A stretch of DNA of 22,189 bases from Candidatus Eiseniibacteriota bacterium (GTDB lineage Bacteria; ARS69). Below are positions 8,288-16,918 of this stretch, piece by piece. The translations under genes and the position numbers were made by a program. How positions within the stretch are numbered: position 1 is the stretch's first letter; each line of letters starts with the position of its first letter. The notes beneath the pieces are model-generated. The model did not search any database. It was not told the DNA's origin and saw nothing but the letters and a program-made list of their open reading frames with translations. The stretch is taken from NCBI GenBank assembly GCA_052390515.1, contig JBQTGV010000207.1, positions 1 through 22,189 on the forward strand, given 5' to 3'.

Positions 8288-11200
8288 TCAGCTCGGCCCG
8301 ACCGAGAAGTACGCCGCGTCGGGATGATGGAAGACGAGCGCCGACACCGACGCTTCCGGATCCATCATGTCGCCTTCGGTGAGCTCGACCCCGATCTCCT
8401 CGGGGCGAAGCAGGCGCCAGAGCTTGCGCTGATCCTCGAGGTCCGGACACGCTGGGTATCCGAAGGAAACGCGGATCCCGCGGTAGCGGCTGCGGAAGCG
8501 GTCGGGCATGGTCATGTCCGCGGGGTCGGGGAATCCCCAGGCCTCGCGGATGTCGGCGTGCAGCAGCTCGGCGTACGCCTCCGCCGCCTCCAGCGCCAGC
8601 GCCGCCGCGGCGTGGCTCCGGAGGTACTCGCCCTCGGCCTTGAGCTTCTCCGTCCAGGCCCGGACGCCCGCGCCCGCCGTGGTGACGAAGAGGCACACCC
8701 AGTCCTCGCCCGCGCCGCGTTCCCGGACCCAATCGGCGATGCACACACCGTCCTCCGCCGGCTGACGGCGGAAGGCGAACTCCTCGAGCGGACGGCCGGC
8801 GGCGTCCAGAACGCGCAGCGTGTTCCCTTCGCTCTCGGCGCGGAACCACTGCCACACCGCGCTCGCGCGCAGAGCGCCGCGTTCGCACTCGGACTGCAGC
8901 GCGCGCACCACGCGAGAGAGCTCCAGCGCGCGCTCGTCGCGCTTCGCCCAGAGCTCCTCCCACCTGCCCTTCAGTCCCAGGTGACGGTGAAAGAGCGCCT
9001 GCGGGTTGATCCACGGCCAGATGCGCCGCAGATCGGCGGCGGGCTGCACGTGTCGCTCGAGGTCGGGCGGAGCCGGCACCTGCTCCAACACCGAAATGCT
9101 CGAGCTGCGCCGGAACCCGGGCGCCGCCGGAGCGCGCGTCGAGCCCTTCTTCGCCACCGCGTTCGCCGCGCGCTGCGCGGTCTCCTGCTCCAGTGCTTCC
9201 AGGCCGTCGCCGCCGCCCTGGATGCGGTCGCAGAGCGCGAGCCCGGCCATCGCGTCCTTCGCGTAGAAGACCGACCCCGCGTACGCCGGGCCGATCTTCG
9301 TCAGCGTGAAGTTCTCGGAGAGCGCCGCCCCGCCGACGAGCAGCGGCGGCACGACGCCGGCGCGGGAGAGATCCTCGGCGGTGATCACCATCTGCTGCGC
9401 GCTCTTCACCAGGAGACCCGAGAGCCCCAGGATGTTCGGCTGATGCTCGCGGCAGGCTTCGATCAGCACCTCCGGCGCGATCTTGATGCCCAGGTTCACC
9501 ACCGTGTAGCCGTTGTTGGACAGCACGATGTCGACGAGGTTCTTGCCGATGTCGTGCACGTCGCCCTTGACCGTGGCCAGGATCACCTTGCCTCGTGCCG
9601 CGCTCTCCGACTTCTCCATGTACTGCTCGAGGTGCGACACCGCGGCCTTCATCGCCTCCGCACTCTGCAGCACCTCGGCGACGATCAGCTGGTTGTCGTT
9701 GAAGAGCCGCCCCACCTCGGCCATCCCGGCCATGAGCGGGCCGTTGATGATGGCGAGCGGCAAAGCACCCTCGGCGCGCTTGCGTTCCAGATCCTCGGTC
9801 AGCCCTTCCTTGGTACCCTCCACGATGTAGGCGGCGAGGCGCTCGTCGAGCGTCCGCGGCGGCCCGGTCTCCCTCGTGGCGCGGGAGCGGGCTTTGCGGA
9901 AGTGCGCGGCGAAGCGTCCCACCGGATCGGCGCCGCGGCAGAAGAGCAGATCCTCGGAGAGCTCGCGCTCCTCCTCGGGGATCAGGTTGTAACGCTCCAG
10001 CTTCTCCGTGTTGACGATGGCGAAGTCGAGACCGGCCTTGGTCGCCTGGTACAGGTACACGGAGTTCAGCACGTCGCGCCCGGCTTCGGGCAGGCCGAAG
10101 CTGACGTTGGAGACGCCGAGGATGGTCTTCGTTCCAGGGAACTCCGTCTTGAGCAGGGGGATGGCGGCGAGCGTCTCCTTCGCGCTCTCCACGTACTGCG
10201 CGTCTCCGGTGCCGACCGGGAACACCAGCGGATCCCAGAGGATGTCCTCCGCGGGAATGCCGTACTTGCCGGTGAGCAGGGCGAAGCTCCTCCCGGCGAT
10301 GGCCAGCTTCCGCTCGCGGGTGACGCCCATGCCCTGCACCGGGTCCTCGTCGATCGTGCCCACCACGACCGCCGCGCCGAAGCGACGCACCAGCGGGCAC
10401 ACCCTCTCGAAGCGGTCCTCGCCGTCCTCGAGGTTGATCGAGTTGATGATGGCCTTGCCCTGACTGTAGGTCAGCGCCAGCTCGATCGAGGCCGCGTCGG
10501 TCGAGTCCAGCATCAGCGGGACCTTGACCATGCGGATTACGCGCTCGTAGAACGCACGCACGTCGGCGAGCTCGTCGCGGTCCGGGTTCTGCAGGTTGAT
10601 GTCGATGACCTGCGCGCCGCCCTTGACTTGCCGCCGGGCGATCTCCGCGGCCTCCTCGAACTTCTCCTCGCAGATGAGGCGCATGAACTTGCGGGAGCCG
10701 ATCACGTTGGTGCGCTCGCCGACGAGCACGGGGCGAACGTCCTCGTCCACTTCCAGGAAGTCGATCCCGGAGACGATCGTCTTGCGATGGGTCGGCGGGC
10801 GCCGCGGCTTCGCGTCCCTGGCCATCTCGGCGAACGCGCGCACGTGCTCCGGACGCGTTCCGCAGCAGCCGCCGATGACGTTGACCCAGCCCTCGGCGAC
10901 GAATCGCGACAGCGCCGCTGCCAGCGCCTCCGGCGACTCCGCGTAGCGCCCCTCCTCGTCCGGCAGCCCGGCGTTCGGAACGCAGGAGACGAACGTCGTC
11001 GCCAACCGCGAGAGGCTGCGCAGGTGATCGGTCATGAACGCGGGGCCCGTCGCGCAATTGAGTCCGACGGAGAGCAGCGGGTAATGGGCGACGCTCGCCC
11101 AGAAGGCCTCGACACTCTGGCCCGCCAGCATCGTGCCGGTGGGCTCGATCGTGCACGAGAGCATGACCGGAACGTGCGCGCCGGCCTGCGCCATCGCCTG

Positions 11201-11800
11201 GTCGGCGCCGATGAGCGCGGCCTTCGCGTTGCGCGTGTCCTGCTGTGTCTCGATGAGCAGCACGTCCGCGCCGCCTTCGATCAGGCCCAGCGCTTGCTCG
11301 CGGAACGTGGCGATGAGCCCCTCGAACGTGACGCCGCCGGTGACGGTGATCGCCTTCGTGGTCGGGCCCATCGAGCCGGCGACGAAGCGCGGGCGGTCCG
11401 GAGTGGCGAAGGACGCGGCCACCCGCTTGGCGATGCGCGCGGCGAGACGGTTCAGCTCGCGGGCCTGCTCGGCCAGGCCGTACTCGGCGAGCACGAGCGG
11501 GGTCCCTCCGAACGAGTCCGTCTCCACCATGTCCGCGCCCGCGGCGAAGTACGAGGCGTGCAGGTCGGCCACGACGTCCGGCCTCGTGCGGACGAGGTTC
11601 TCGTTGCAGCCCTCGAGGTCGGGGCCACCGAAGTCCGCCGGGCCGAGGTTTCGCGCCTGGATGCCCGTCCCGGTGGCGCCGTCCAGGACCAGGACCCGCT
11701 CGGCCAGGAAGTCGCGGATCTCCGCCTCCGTCCTGCGGCCCGGATCGGGCCCCGACAGATCGAAGGGGGGGCGCGCGGGAGAGGCTTGGGAGAGGCTCAC
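8288..11800 (-). CDS. metH: Cobalamin-dependent methionine synthase
   Basis: VLDGATGT, GLNCATGP and GGCCGT (Hcy/Zn domain); VGERTNVIGSRKF (pterin domain); KGDVHDIGKN and SGLL (B12 binding); RVSFGYPACPDL (reactivation domain). GTG at 11800 with AAAGGA SD. Confidence 0.97.
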   Translation of the reverse strand: MSLSQASPARPPFDLSGPDPGRRTEAEIRDFLAERVLVLDGATGTGIQARNLGPADFGGPDLEGCNENLVRTRPDVVADLHASYFAAGADMVETDSFGGTPLVLAEYGLAEQARELNRLAARIAKRVAASFATPDRPRFVAGSMGPTTKAITVTGGVTFEGLIATFREQALGLIEGGADVLLIETQQDTRNAKAALIGADQAMAQAGAHVPVMLSCTIEPTGTMLAGQSVEAFWASVAHYPLLSVGLNCATGPAFMTDHLRSLSRLATTFVSCVPNAGLPDEEGRYAESPEALAAALSRFVAEGWVNVIGGCCGTRPEHVRAFAEMARDAKPRRPPTHRKTIVSGIDFLEVDEDVRPVLVGERTNVIGSRKFMRLICEEKFEEAAEIARRQVKGGAQVIDINLQNPDRDELADVRAFYERVIRMVKVPLMLDSTDAASIELALTYSQGKAIINSINLEDGEDRFERVCPLVRRFGAAVVVGTIDEDPVQGMGVTRERKLAIAGRSFALLTGKYGIPAEDILWDPLVFPVGTGDAQYVESAKETLAAIPLLKTEFPGTKTILGVSNVSFGLPEAGRDVLNSVYLYQATKAGLDFAIVNTEKLERYNLIPEEERELSEDLLFCRGADPVGRFAAHFRKARSRATRETGPPRTLDERLAAYIVEGTKEGLTEDLERKRAEGALPLAIINGPLMAGMAEVGRLFNDNQLIVAEVLQSAEAMKAAVSHLEQYMEKSESAARGKVILATVKGDVHDIGKNLVDIVLSNNGYTVVNLGIKIAPEVLIEACREHQPNILGLSGLLVKSAQQMVITAEDLSRAGVVPPLLVGGAALSENFTLTKIGPAYAGSVFYAKDAMAGLALCDRIQGGGDGLEALEQETAQRAANAVAKKGSTRAPAAPGFRRSSSISVLEQVPAPPDLERHVQPAADLRRIWPWINPQALFHRHLGLKGRWEELWAKRDERALELSRVVRALQSECERGALRASAVWQWFRAESEGNTLRVLDAAGRPLEEFAFRRQPAEDGVCIADWVRERGAGEDWVCLFVTTAGAGVRAWTEKLKAEGEYLRSHAAAALALEAAEAYAELLHADIREAWGFPDPADMTMPDRFRSRYRGIRVSFGYPACPDLEDQRKLWRLLRPEEIGVELTEGDMMDPEASVSALVFHHPDAAYFSVGPS

Positions 11801-11847
11801 GGGGTCCTTTTGCGGTGTCGGCGTCAGGCGCCGGGCTCCGCGAAAGG

Positions 11848-11856
11848 TGCTAGTTT
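11848..11856 (+). promoter_or_regulatory. Candidate extended -10 (TGC-TAGTTT) for the flippase gene
   Basis: TGnTAnnnT, 9 nt upstream of ATG 11866, in the divergent metH/flippase gap. Confidence 0.35.
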
Positions 11857-11865
11857 CCGGGGCCG

Positions 11866-13311
11866 ATGTCCAGCCTCCGAGCCGTCGTCCGGAACTCCGC
11901 GGTGCTCTTCGCCGGGACCGCCGCTTCCAAGACGCTCGTCTTCGCTTCCTACCTCCTGCTGGTCCGGGTGCTCGGCGCGGAGGGGTTCGGGCTCTACACC
12001 CTGGTCTTCGCCTACCTGGCGTTCTTCGAGCTGCTGCCGGACGCCGGCCTGGACGACCTCGTCGTGCGCGAGGCCTCCCGGCGAAGCGGCGACGACGCGG
12101 CCATCCTCGGAGCAGCCATCGCGCTGCGCGCGCTGCTGATCCTCGCCGCACTGCCCCTGGCGATGCTCGCCGTGCCGCTCGTCACCGACGACCCGCGCGG
12201 GCCCCTGTTCGTGGCGCTCGGCGCCGTCTCCTGGTTGTTCTCGTTCCGCCGGGCCTCGCTCCGCTCCCTGGCGGAGCTGCCCTACCGGCTCGCGCTGAGA
12301 ATGGAGACCCCGGCGGTGCTGGGGTTCGCCGCGGAAGCCGCCCACCTGCTGATGCTCTTCGCCTTCGTTCCGCTCGGCGGGATCGGCGTGGCGGTCGCCG
12401 CGCAAGGAGCGTCCGCCCTGCCCTTCGCGGTCCTCCTCGTGGTGCTCGCGGCGAAGCGGCTGGCCCCGCGGCTGGCGCCGGACTCCGCCGAGATCCGCCG
12501 GCTGACCCGCGCGGCGCTCCCGCTGCTCGTGCTGCTGCTCGCCAACACCGTGCTCTTCCGCGCCGACGTGCTGCTCCTGCAGGTGCTGCGCGACGCCCGC
12601 GAAGTCGGTATCTACGCCGCTCCGGTGCGGCTCGTGGAGGTGGCCATGTTGATGCCCGTGCTGCTCATGGGCTCGGTCTACCCCCTGCTCGCCGGTGCCG
12701 CGCCGGACGACCCGGCACGCGCCAGCCGGCTGTTCCGGGTGAGCCTGCGGTTCCTGACCGCCGCCGTCGTCCCGCTGGTCCTCGCCGAGATGGCCTGGGC
12801 GCGGGAGCTCGTGCTGCTGCTCTTCGGGGCGGAGTACGAGCAGTCGGCCGCGGTGCTCCCCATCCTGGCCGCGACGCTCGTGCTCTCCTTCGCCTACGTC
12901 CTGCTCAACGCGTACTTCCTCGCCACGGGACTCGAGAAGCAGAACGCCGCTCTCGTCGCGGTGGCCGCCGGCGCGAACATCGCGGCGAACCTCGTCCTGA
13001 TCCCGCGCATGGGTGCCGTCGGCGCGGCCTGGGCCACGCTGCTCGCGTTCGGCGTGCGCATGGCGGTCACGATCGCGGTGCGGGACACGCGGCCCGCGGC
13101 CGCCGCGGCGCTCCGCGCCATCCTGCCGGCCACCGTGTCCGGCGCGCTCGCGGTGCTCGCCGTGCGGATGACCGGAATGCGAGAGCCGATCGGCGCCGCG
13201 GAAGCGGCGCTCGCGGCGGCCGTCTACGCCGCCGGGCTGGTCGTCCTCCGCGGACTGCGGCTGGCCGAGCTCCGCGAGATCGCCCGCGCGCTCCGCCGCT
13301 CGGGCACGTAG
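11866..13311 (+). CDS. Wzx-like oligosaccharide flippase (MOP superfamily)
   Basis: VVRNSAVL..RVLGAEGFGLY, DAGL..VVRE, RADVLLL..EVGIYAAP, NLVLIPRMGAVGAAWAT; many hydrophobic segments. Confidence 0.9.
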   Translation: MSSLRAVVRNSAVLFAGTAASKTLVFASYLLLVRVLGAEGFGLYTLVFAYLAFFELLPDAGLDDLVVREASRRSGDDAAILGAAIALRALLILAALPLAMLAVPLVTDDPRGPLFVALGAVSWLFSFRRASLRSLAELPYRLALRMETPAVLGFAAEAAHLLMLFAFVPLGGIGVAVAAQGASALPFAVLLVVLAAKRLAPRLAPDSAEIRRLTRAALPLLVLLLANTVLFRADVLLLQVLRDAREVGIYAAPVRLVEVAMLMPVLLMGSVYPLLAGAAPDDPARASRLFRVSLRFLTAAVVPLVLAEMAWARELVLLLFGAEYEQSAAVLPILAATLVLSFAYVLLNAYFLATGLEKQNAALVAVAAGANIAANLVLIPRMGAVGAAWATLLAFGVRMAVTIAVRDTRPAAAAALRAILPATVSGALAVLAVRMTGMREPIGAAEAALAAAVYAAGLVVLRGLRLAELREIARALRRSGT

Positions 13312-13418
13312 GGTCTGCGGTGCGAGAAGATGTTCGCGTTCCCGCCTCCGAGCCGGTACCTTCGGCTCCGGCTGCGCGCACTCGACGCCCCGAGCGCCGC
13401 GGAGACGAAGGAGCCAGC

Positions 13419-14627
13419 GTGAGCCCGCGAGCACCCGTCGCCGTTTCGATCGCGGCAGTCGCCGTCTGGGCATCGGCCGTGGCTGCACAGACCGGTGCCG
13501 CTTCGACGGTTCCGACGCCCGCCGCGCCCGATCCGCAGCCGGCGGTGCTGGACACCGCCGTCGTGCGGGATGTCCCGCTCGCGAGCCGCATCTTCGATCG
13601 GGGAATCCCGGTCACCGACGAGTCCTTCTCGCCGGACGGCTTCCACTTCGCCTACCTCGATCAGGTGCCGGGCGGCTTCCTTGACCGCAAGCCCCGACGC
13701 TGCACGTTCCTTCTCGATTTCGCCACCGGGGAGAACCGGCCCCTCCAGACGCCCAAGGGAGTCGCGGTGCGGATCGGCGGATGGGACCCCACCGGCCGGT
13801 ACCTGCTCATCGAGACCCAGCAGCCGGACCTGCTGGCCGCGCTCACCGGCAGTTGGACCACCTACCACTGGATCCTGGACGTGGTCACCGGCGAGTTCCC
13901 GGCGCGGAAGCCCTTCACCGGCCAGCGCGACGATCGCCGGTTCCGCTGGAAGGAGCGCGGGACGTTCCACGGGATCTGGGATCCGTCGAGCGCGCCCGTC
14001 GTCCTGCCACTCGTGGAGGGAGAGCTCTCCCGGATCTTCCACGACCGTCAAACGGCGATCGAGGAGGAGGACGCGCGGCGAATGGAGCTGGCCCGGAAGC
14101 TCGCGCTCGGGGCCGAGGGCGAACGCGGGCAGGTGCTCGCCGAGGTGCTGCCGCGCCTGGACGCGCACTGGACGCGGCGGGCCCAGCGCGATCCGATCAT
14201 CGCGGATCTCTACGGCGTGCAGCCGCGGCTGCGCGTGCTCCGCGACACGACCTGGGTGCGCGCCTTCGAGGCGGTCGACCACGTGGCCGTGCTCGACCGC
14301 GGCCTCTGCCTCGTCACCGAGCCGGGCGAAAGGCAATCGCTGCTGGACGTCGCGCGGCTGGAGGTGCTGCCGCTGCCCCGGCCCCCGGACGGCCTCGCCG
14401 AGGCGCTCGACCGGCGCTGGGAAGCGGCCGACGCCTCCTACGACGAGAGCGACCCGCTGCCCCGCGACCGCCAGTACCGGCGCTTGTACGAGGTCGCCCA
14501 GGGCACGGCCTACTACTTCCACTACGTGATGCCGGATCGCTCGCGCGTGCTGCTGCTCTACGCGTTCGAGCCCTCGGGGCGAACGCTGCGCGTCGTCGAC
14601 TTGCCGGAGTCCTGGCGGGGGAAGTGA
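13419..14627 (+). CDS. Secreted hypothetical protein with TolB/WD40-like beta-propeller-type segments
   Basis: GTG at 13419 after GAAGGAG. Signal peptide ending SAVAA-Q. Blade-like motifs FSPDGFHFAYL, FLLDFATGE, WDPTGRYLLI, WILDVVTGE, PDRSRVLLL. Confidence 0.7.
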   Translation: MSPRAPVAVSIAAVAVWASAVAAQTGAASTVPTPAAPDPQPAVLDTAVVRDVPLASRIFDRGIPVTDESFSPDGFHFAYLDQVPGGFLDRKPRRCTFLLDFATGENRPLQTPKGVAVRIGGWDPTGRYLLIETQQPDLLAALTGSWTTYHWILDVVTGEFPARKPFTGQRDDRRFRWKERGTFHGIWDPSSAPVVLPLVEGELSRIFHDRQTAIEEEDARRMELARKLALGAEGERGQVLAEVLPRLDAHWTRRAQRDPIIADLYGVQPRLRVLRDTTWVRAFEAVDHVAVLDRGLCLVTEPGERQSLLDVARLEVLPLPRPPDGLAEALDRRWEAADASYDESDPLPRDRQYRRLYEVAQGTAYYFHYVMPDRSRVLLLYAFEPSGRTLRVVDLPESWRGK

Positions 14628-14643
14628 CGATGCGCCCCGTCGC

Positions 14644-15459
14644 CTACGTCTTCGCGCGAGCCTTGGGCCGGATCACGTGCCAGGAGATCTCCGCCGCGAG
14701 CCACCGCGGCACGACCCACGTGAGCATCTGGTGCAGCTGGTTCGTCGGTCCCGGGACGATGACGCGACGTCCCCGATCCAGCCCCTTCATGCACTCCTCC
14801 GCGACCTTCGCCGCGCTCTGCTGACCGAACACGCCGGTCTTGTGTCCGGTCGCGACCGCGCCCGACACGACGTGGAAGTTCGTCGAGGTCGTCCCCGGGC
14901 AGAGGATCGCGGCACGGACTCCGGTGCCGCGCAGCTCGCAGTCCAGCGCCAGGGTCCAGTCCAGGAGAAAGGACTTGGACGCCGCGTACGTGCCGATCCA
15001 GGTCACCGGCCGGAACCCCGCCGTCGAGCCGACGTTGAGGATCAGGCCGCGCCGGCGCCGGATCATGCCGGGCAGCACGTGGGCGGTCAGCTCCGCGGGG
15101 GCGGCCACGTTGAGCCGCAGCATCTCGCCTTCGCGGGCCGGACCCTTGCTGCCGAAGCCGCCATTGATCCCGAACGCCGCGTTGTTCACGAGCACGTCGA
15201 TGTTCATGTCGACGTCGCGGAGGCGCCCCAGCAGGCGCGCGATGCCGTCGGTAGTCGCCAGGTCCGCGTCGATCCACTCGGCGCGCACGCCGTGCGCCGA
15301 CGCGAGCTTCTTCGCCTGCAGACGGAGATTCGATGCAGACCGGGCCACGAGGAGCACGTTGATACGCCGCATCGCGAACTGCCGCGCAATCTCGAAGCCG
15401 ATCCCCTCGCTCCCGCCCGTGACCAGGGCGGCTCCTCCCCATCCGCGGAACTCTCCCAT
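14644..15459 (-). CDS. Short-chain dehydrogenase/reductase (classical SDR)
   Basis: ALVTGGSEGIG, LVNNAAFG, ILNVGS, YAASK, LCPG. ATG at 15459 with GGAGGT SD. Confidence 0.93.
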   Translation of the reverse strand: MGEFRGWGGAALVTGGSEGIGFEIARQFAMRRINVLLVARSASNLRLQAKKLASAHGVRAEWIDADLATTDGIARLLGRLRDVDMNIDVLVNNAAFGINGGFGSKGPAREGEMLRLNVAAPAELTAHVLPGMIRRRRGLILNVGSTAGFRPVTWIGTYAASKSFLLDWTLALDCELRGTGVRAAILCPGTTSTNFHVVSGAVATGHKTGVFGQQSAAKVAEECMKGLDRGRRVIVPGPTNQLHQMLTWVVPRWLAAEISWHVIRPKARAKT

Positions 15460-15525
15460 GGCTGCACCTCCGAAGCGGGAAGATCGGGGCAATCGCCCGG
15501 GCGCGCAACCCGGAACGAAACAGGC

Positions 15526-15531
15526 TATGCT
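15526..15531 (+). promoter_or_regulatory. Candidate -10 element (TATGCT), leaderless arrangement
   Basis: TAnnnT hexamer 6 nt upstream of ATG 15538; no SD. Confidence 0.45.
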
Positions 15532-15537
15532 GGTTCC

Positions 15538-16275
15538 ATGCGTGCATCGATCTCGCTTCTCGCGTTGGCGGCGGTGGCCTCAGCCGGTCTTTCGCCGGCA
15601 CCCGCCGGCGGCGAACCGGCCGACCCGACGGAAGTGGTCGCCCGGGTCATCGAGGCCCACGGCGGCGAGGCGCTCGACGGAGTTACCGGCTTCCGCGCGC
15701 GCGGCAGCGTTCTCTCCGCGGCCGACGGCCTCTCCGGAAAGGTCCGCATCGCGGTGAGGCTCGACGGCGCGCTGCGCGTCGAGATCCGCTGGCCGCAGCG
15801 GGAGGAGGTGCGGATCCTCGCCGGGCGGCTGGCCTGGCACGGCGGCAGCGCAAGGCAGCGGCCGGCCGACCGGGAGATGGCGGATTCGATGCGGCTCCAA
15901 CTGCACCGTCTGGCGGCGCCGTTCGAGCTGGCCGGGCTGCCGGCGGACTCGCTGGAGGCGCTCGAACCTTCGCCGGAGGGCTGGAGCCGCATCGCGCGGC
16001 GCTGGGACGCGCGCACGCGCACCGTGTACGAGGTGGACGACACCGGGCGCATCCGGCGGATCCTGGGCGAGCTCCTGACCGGCGGCGACGACACGATGGA
16101 CTTCCTCACCGAGTCGAGCGACTTCCGCGAGGTCGAAGGCGTCCTCTTCCCCTTCCGGACGACGACGGTCATCCAGGGCGAAGCCGCGACGGAGACCATC
16201 CTGGAGCGGGTCACGCTGGAGGAGAACTTCGCCGCAGACGAGTTCTCGCCGGCGGGGGCGCCGGGGGAGATCTGA
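15538..16275 (+). CDS. Secreted protein, LolA-like / outer-membrane lipoprotein-sorting-protein-like fold
   Basis: Signal peptide MRASISLLALAAVASA. EVVARVIEAHGG at the N-terminus and SDFREVEGVLFPFRT..ERVTLE....DEF at the C-terminus are typical of this group. Confidence 0.65.
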   Translation: MRASISLLALAAVASAGLSPAPAGGEPADPTEVVARVIEAHGGEALDGVTGFRARGSVLSAADGLSGKVRIAVRLDGALRVEIRWPQREEVRILAGRLAWHGGSARQRPADREMADSMRLQLHRLAAPFELAGLPADSLEALEPSPEGWSRIARRWDARTRTVYEVDDTGRIRRILGELLTGGDDTMDFLTESSDFREVEGVLFPFRTTTVIQGEAATETILERVTLEENFAADEFSPAGAPGEI

Positions 16276-16287
16276 CCGCTCCCTCCC

Positions 16288-16313
16288 GGTTCGCTGCGAA
16301 GACGCGGCGAACC
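16288..16313. terminator. 11-bp hairpin between convergent genes, possible bidirectional terminator
   Basis: GGTTCGCTGCG-AAGA-CGCGGCGAACC (one G-U pair on the + strand RNA), between the stops at 16275 and 16337. No U-tract. Confidence 0.4.
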
Positions 16314-16336
16314 TCCAACCCGACGTCCTTTGCGCC

Positions 16337-16918
16337 CTACCGCGGCCTGCGGTCCCGAACCTCCTTCGGCGGTGGTGTCCTCCGGTACTTGATCTCCACC
16401 GTCGCTGTTCCGAGATTCGCGAGGCGCGATACATCAGCCGATTGGATCCCACGTGCGTCCGTCGTCGCCGCCGAGTCCGCCGCTGCGGCGGTCAGCACGA
16501 ACCCGTTCGAATTCACGCCACCCTCGAGCGCCTCTTTCATGAGCAGCGTCATGTCCAGGGCGACCGCTCCGGTCCGGCTGAGATCCACCTCCGTGCGACC
16601 GTACACCGACTCGTCGAAGCGCGTGGCCCACGTGACGGCTCCCGGAGTCCAGGCGGCGGCCACGGGGTGGACGCGAAGATCCAGGGTTCCGCCTCGGGCC
16701 GCTCCAGTGAGGTCCATTCGCACGGTGGCCCGGGAGATGGCGATGTAGCCGAGGTCTCCGGGCGTGGCCAGATTGAAGAAGATGCGGGCGTTCCCGAGAC
16801 CGTCGTCCACCGTGGTGACGTCCCGAACGGCGAGGTGGAGAGTCTCGGCGAACGAAGACGCGGCGGCGAGGAGCACGAAGGCCGTCGTGGCCGCGGCGAC
16901 AGGGCGATGGGTTCTCAT
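16337..16918 (-). CDS. Secreted DNRLRE/CBM96-like beta-sandwich domain protein
   Basis: Signal peptide ending ASSFA-E. RIFFNL..ISRATVRM..LRVHPVAAAWTPGAVTW..LDMTLLMKEALEGGVNSNGFVL matches the DNRLRE-like pattern. ATGA overlap with the upstream stop (16915-16918). Confidence 0.72.
   Translation of the reverse strand: MRTHRPVAAATTAFVLLAAASSFAETLHLAVRDVTTVDDGLGNARIFFNLATPGDLGYIAISRATVRMDLTGAARGGTLDLRVHPVAAAWTPGAVTWATRFDESVYGRTEVDLSRTGAVALDMTLLMKEALEGGVNSNGFVLTAAAADSAATTDARGIQSADVSRLANLGTATVEIKYRRTPPPKEVRDRRPR

Noticed and set aside
11801-11865. Possible SAM or cobalamin riboswitch upstream of metH
   Set aside because: The gap is only 65 bp, is shared with a divergent gene, and shows no aptamer motifs.
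8324-12139. 1271-aa + strand ORF (and 8127..11156 on the - strand)
   Set aside because: Antisense and alternative-frame shadows of metH, expected in high-GC DNA; Arg/Ala/Gly-rich with no motifs.
11801-12151. N-terminal extension of metH in the ORF track
   Set aside because: Arg-rich low-information sequence overlapping the flippase; the SD supports GTG 11800.
11133-13418. 5' part of the 1164-aa ORF 11133..14627
   Set aside because: Overlaps metH and the flippase. Protein-like sequence begins only at GTG 13419, which has an SD and a signal peptide.
13330-13422. 30-aa ORF MFAFPPPSRYLRLRLRALDAPSAAETKEPA whose TGA overlaps GTG 13419, plus a 6-bp hairpin at 13350-13368
   Set aside because: Could be a leader peptide, but it has no convincing SD, short ORFs and 6-bp stems are common at this GC, and a candidate -10 lies inside it.
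14677-15537. 5' extension of ORF 14677..16275
   Set aside because: Antisense to the SDR; the signal peptide starts at 15538.
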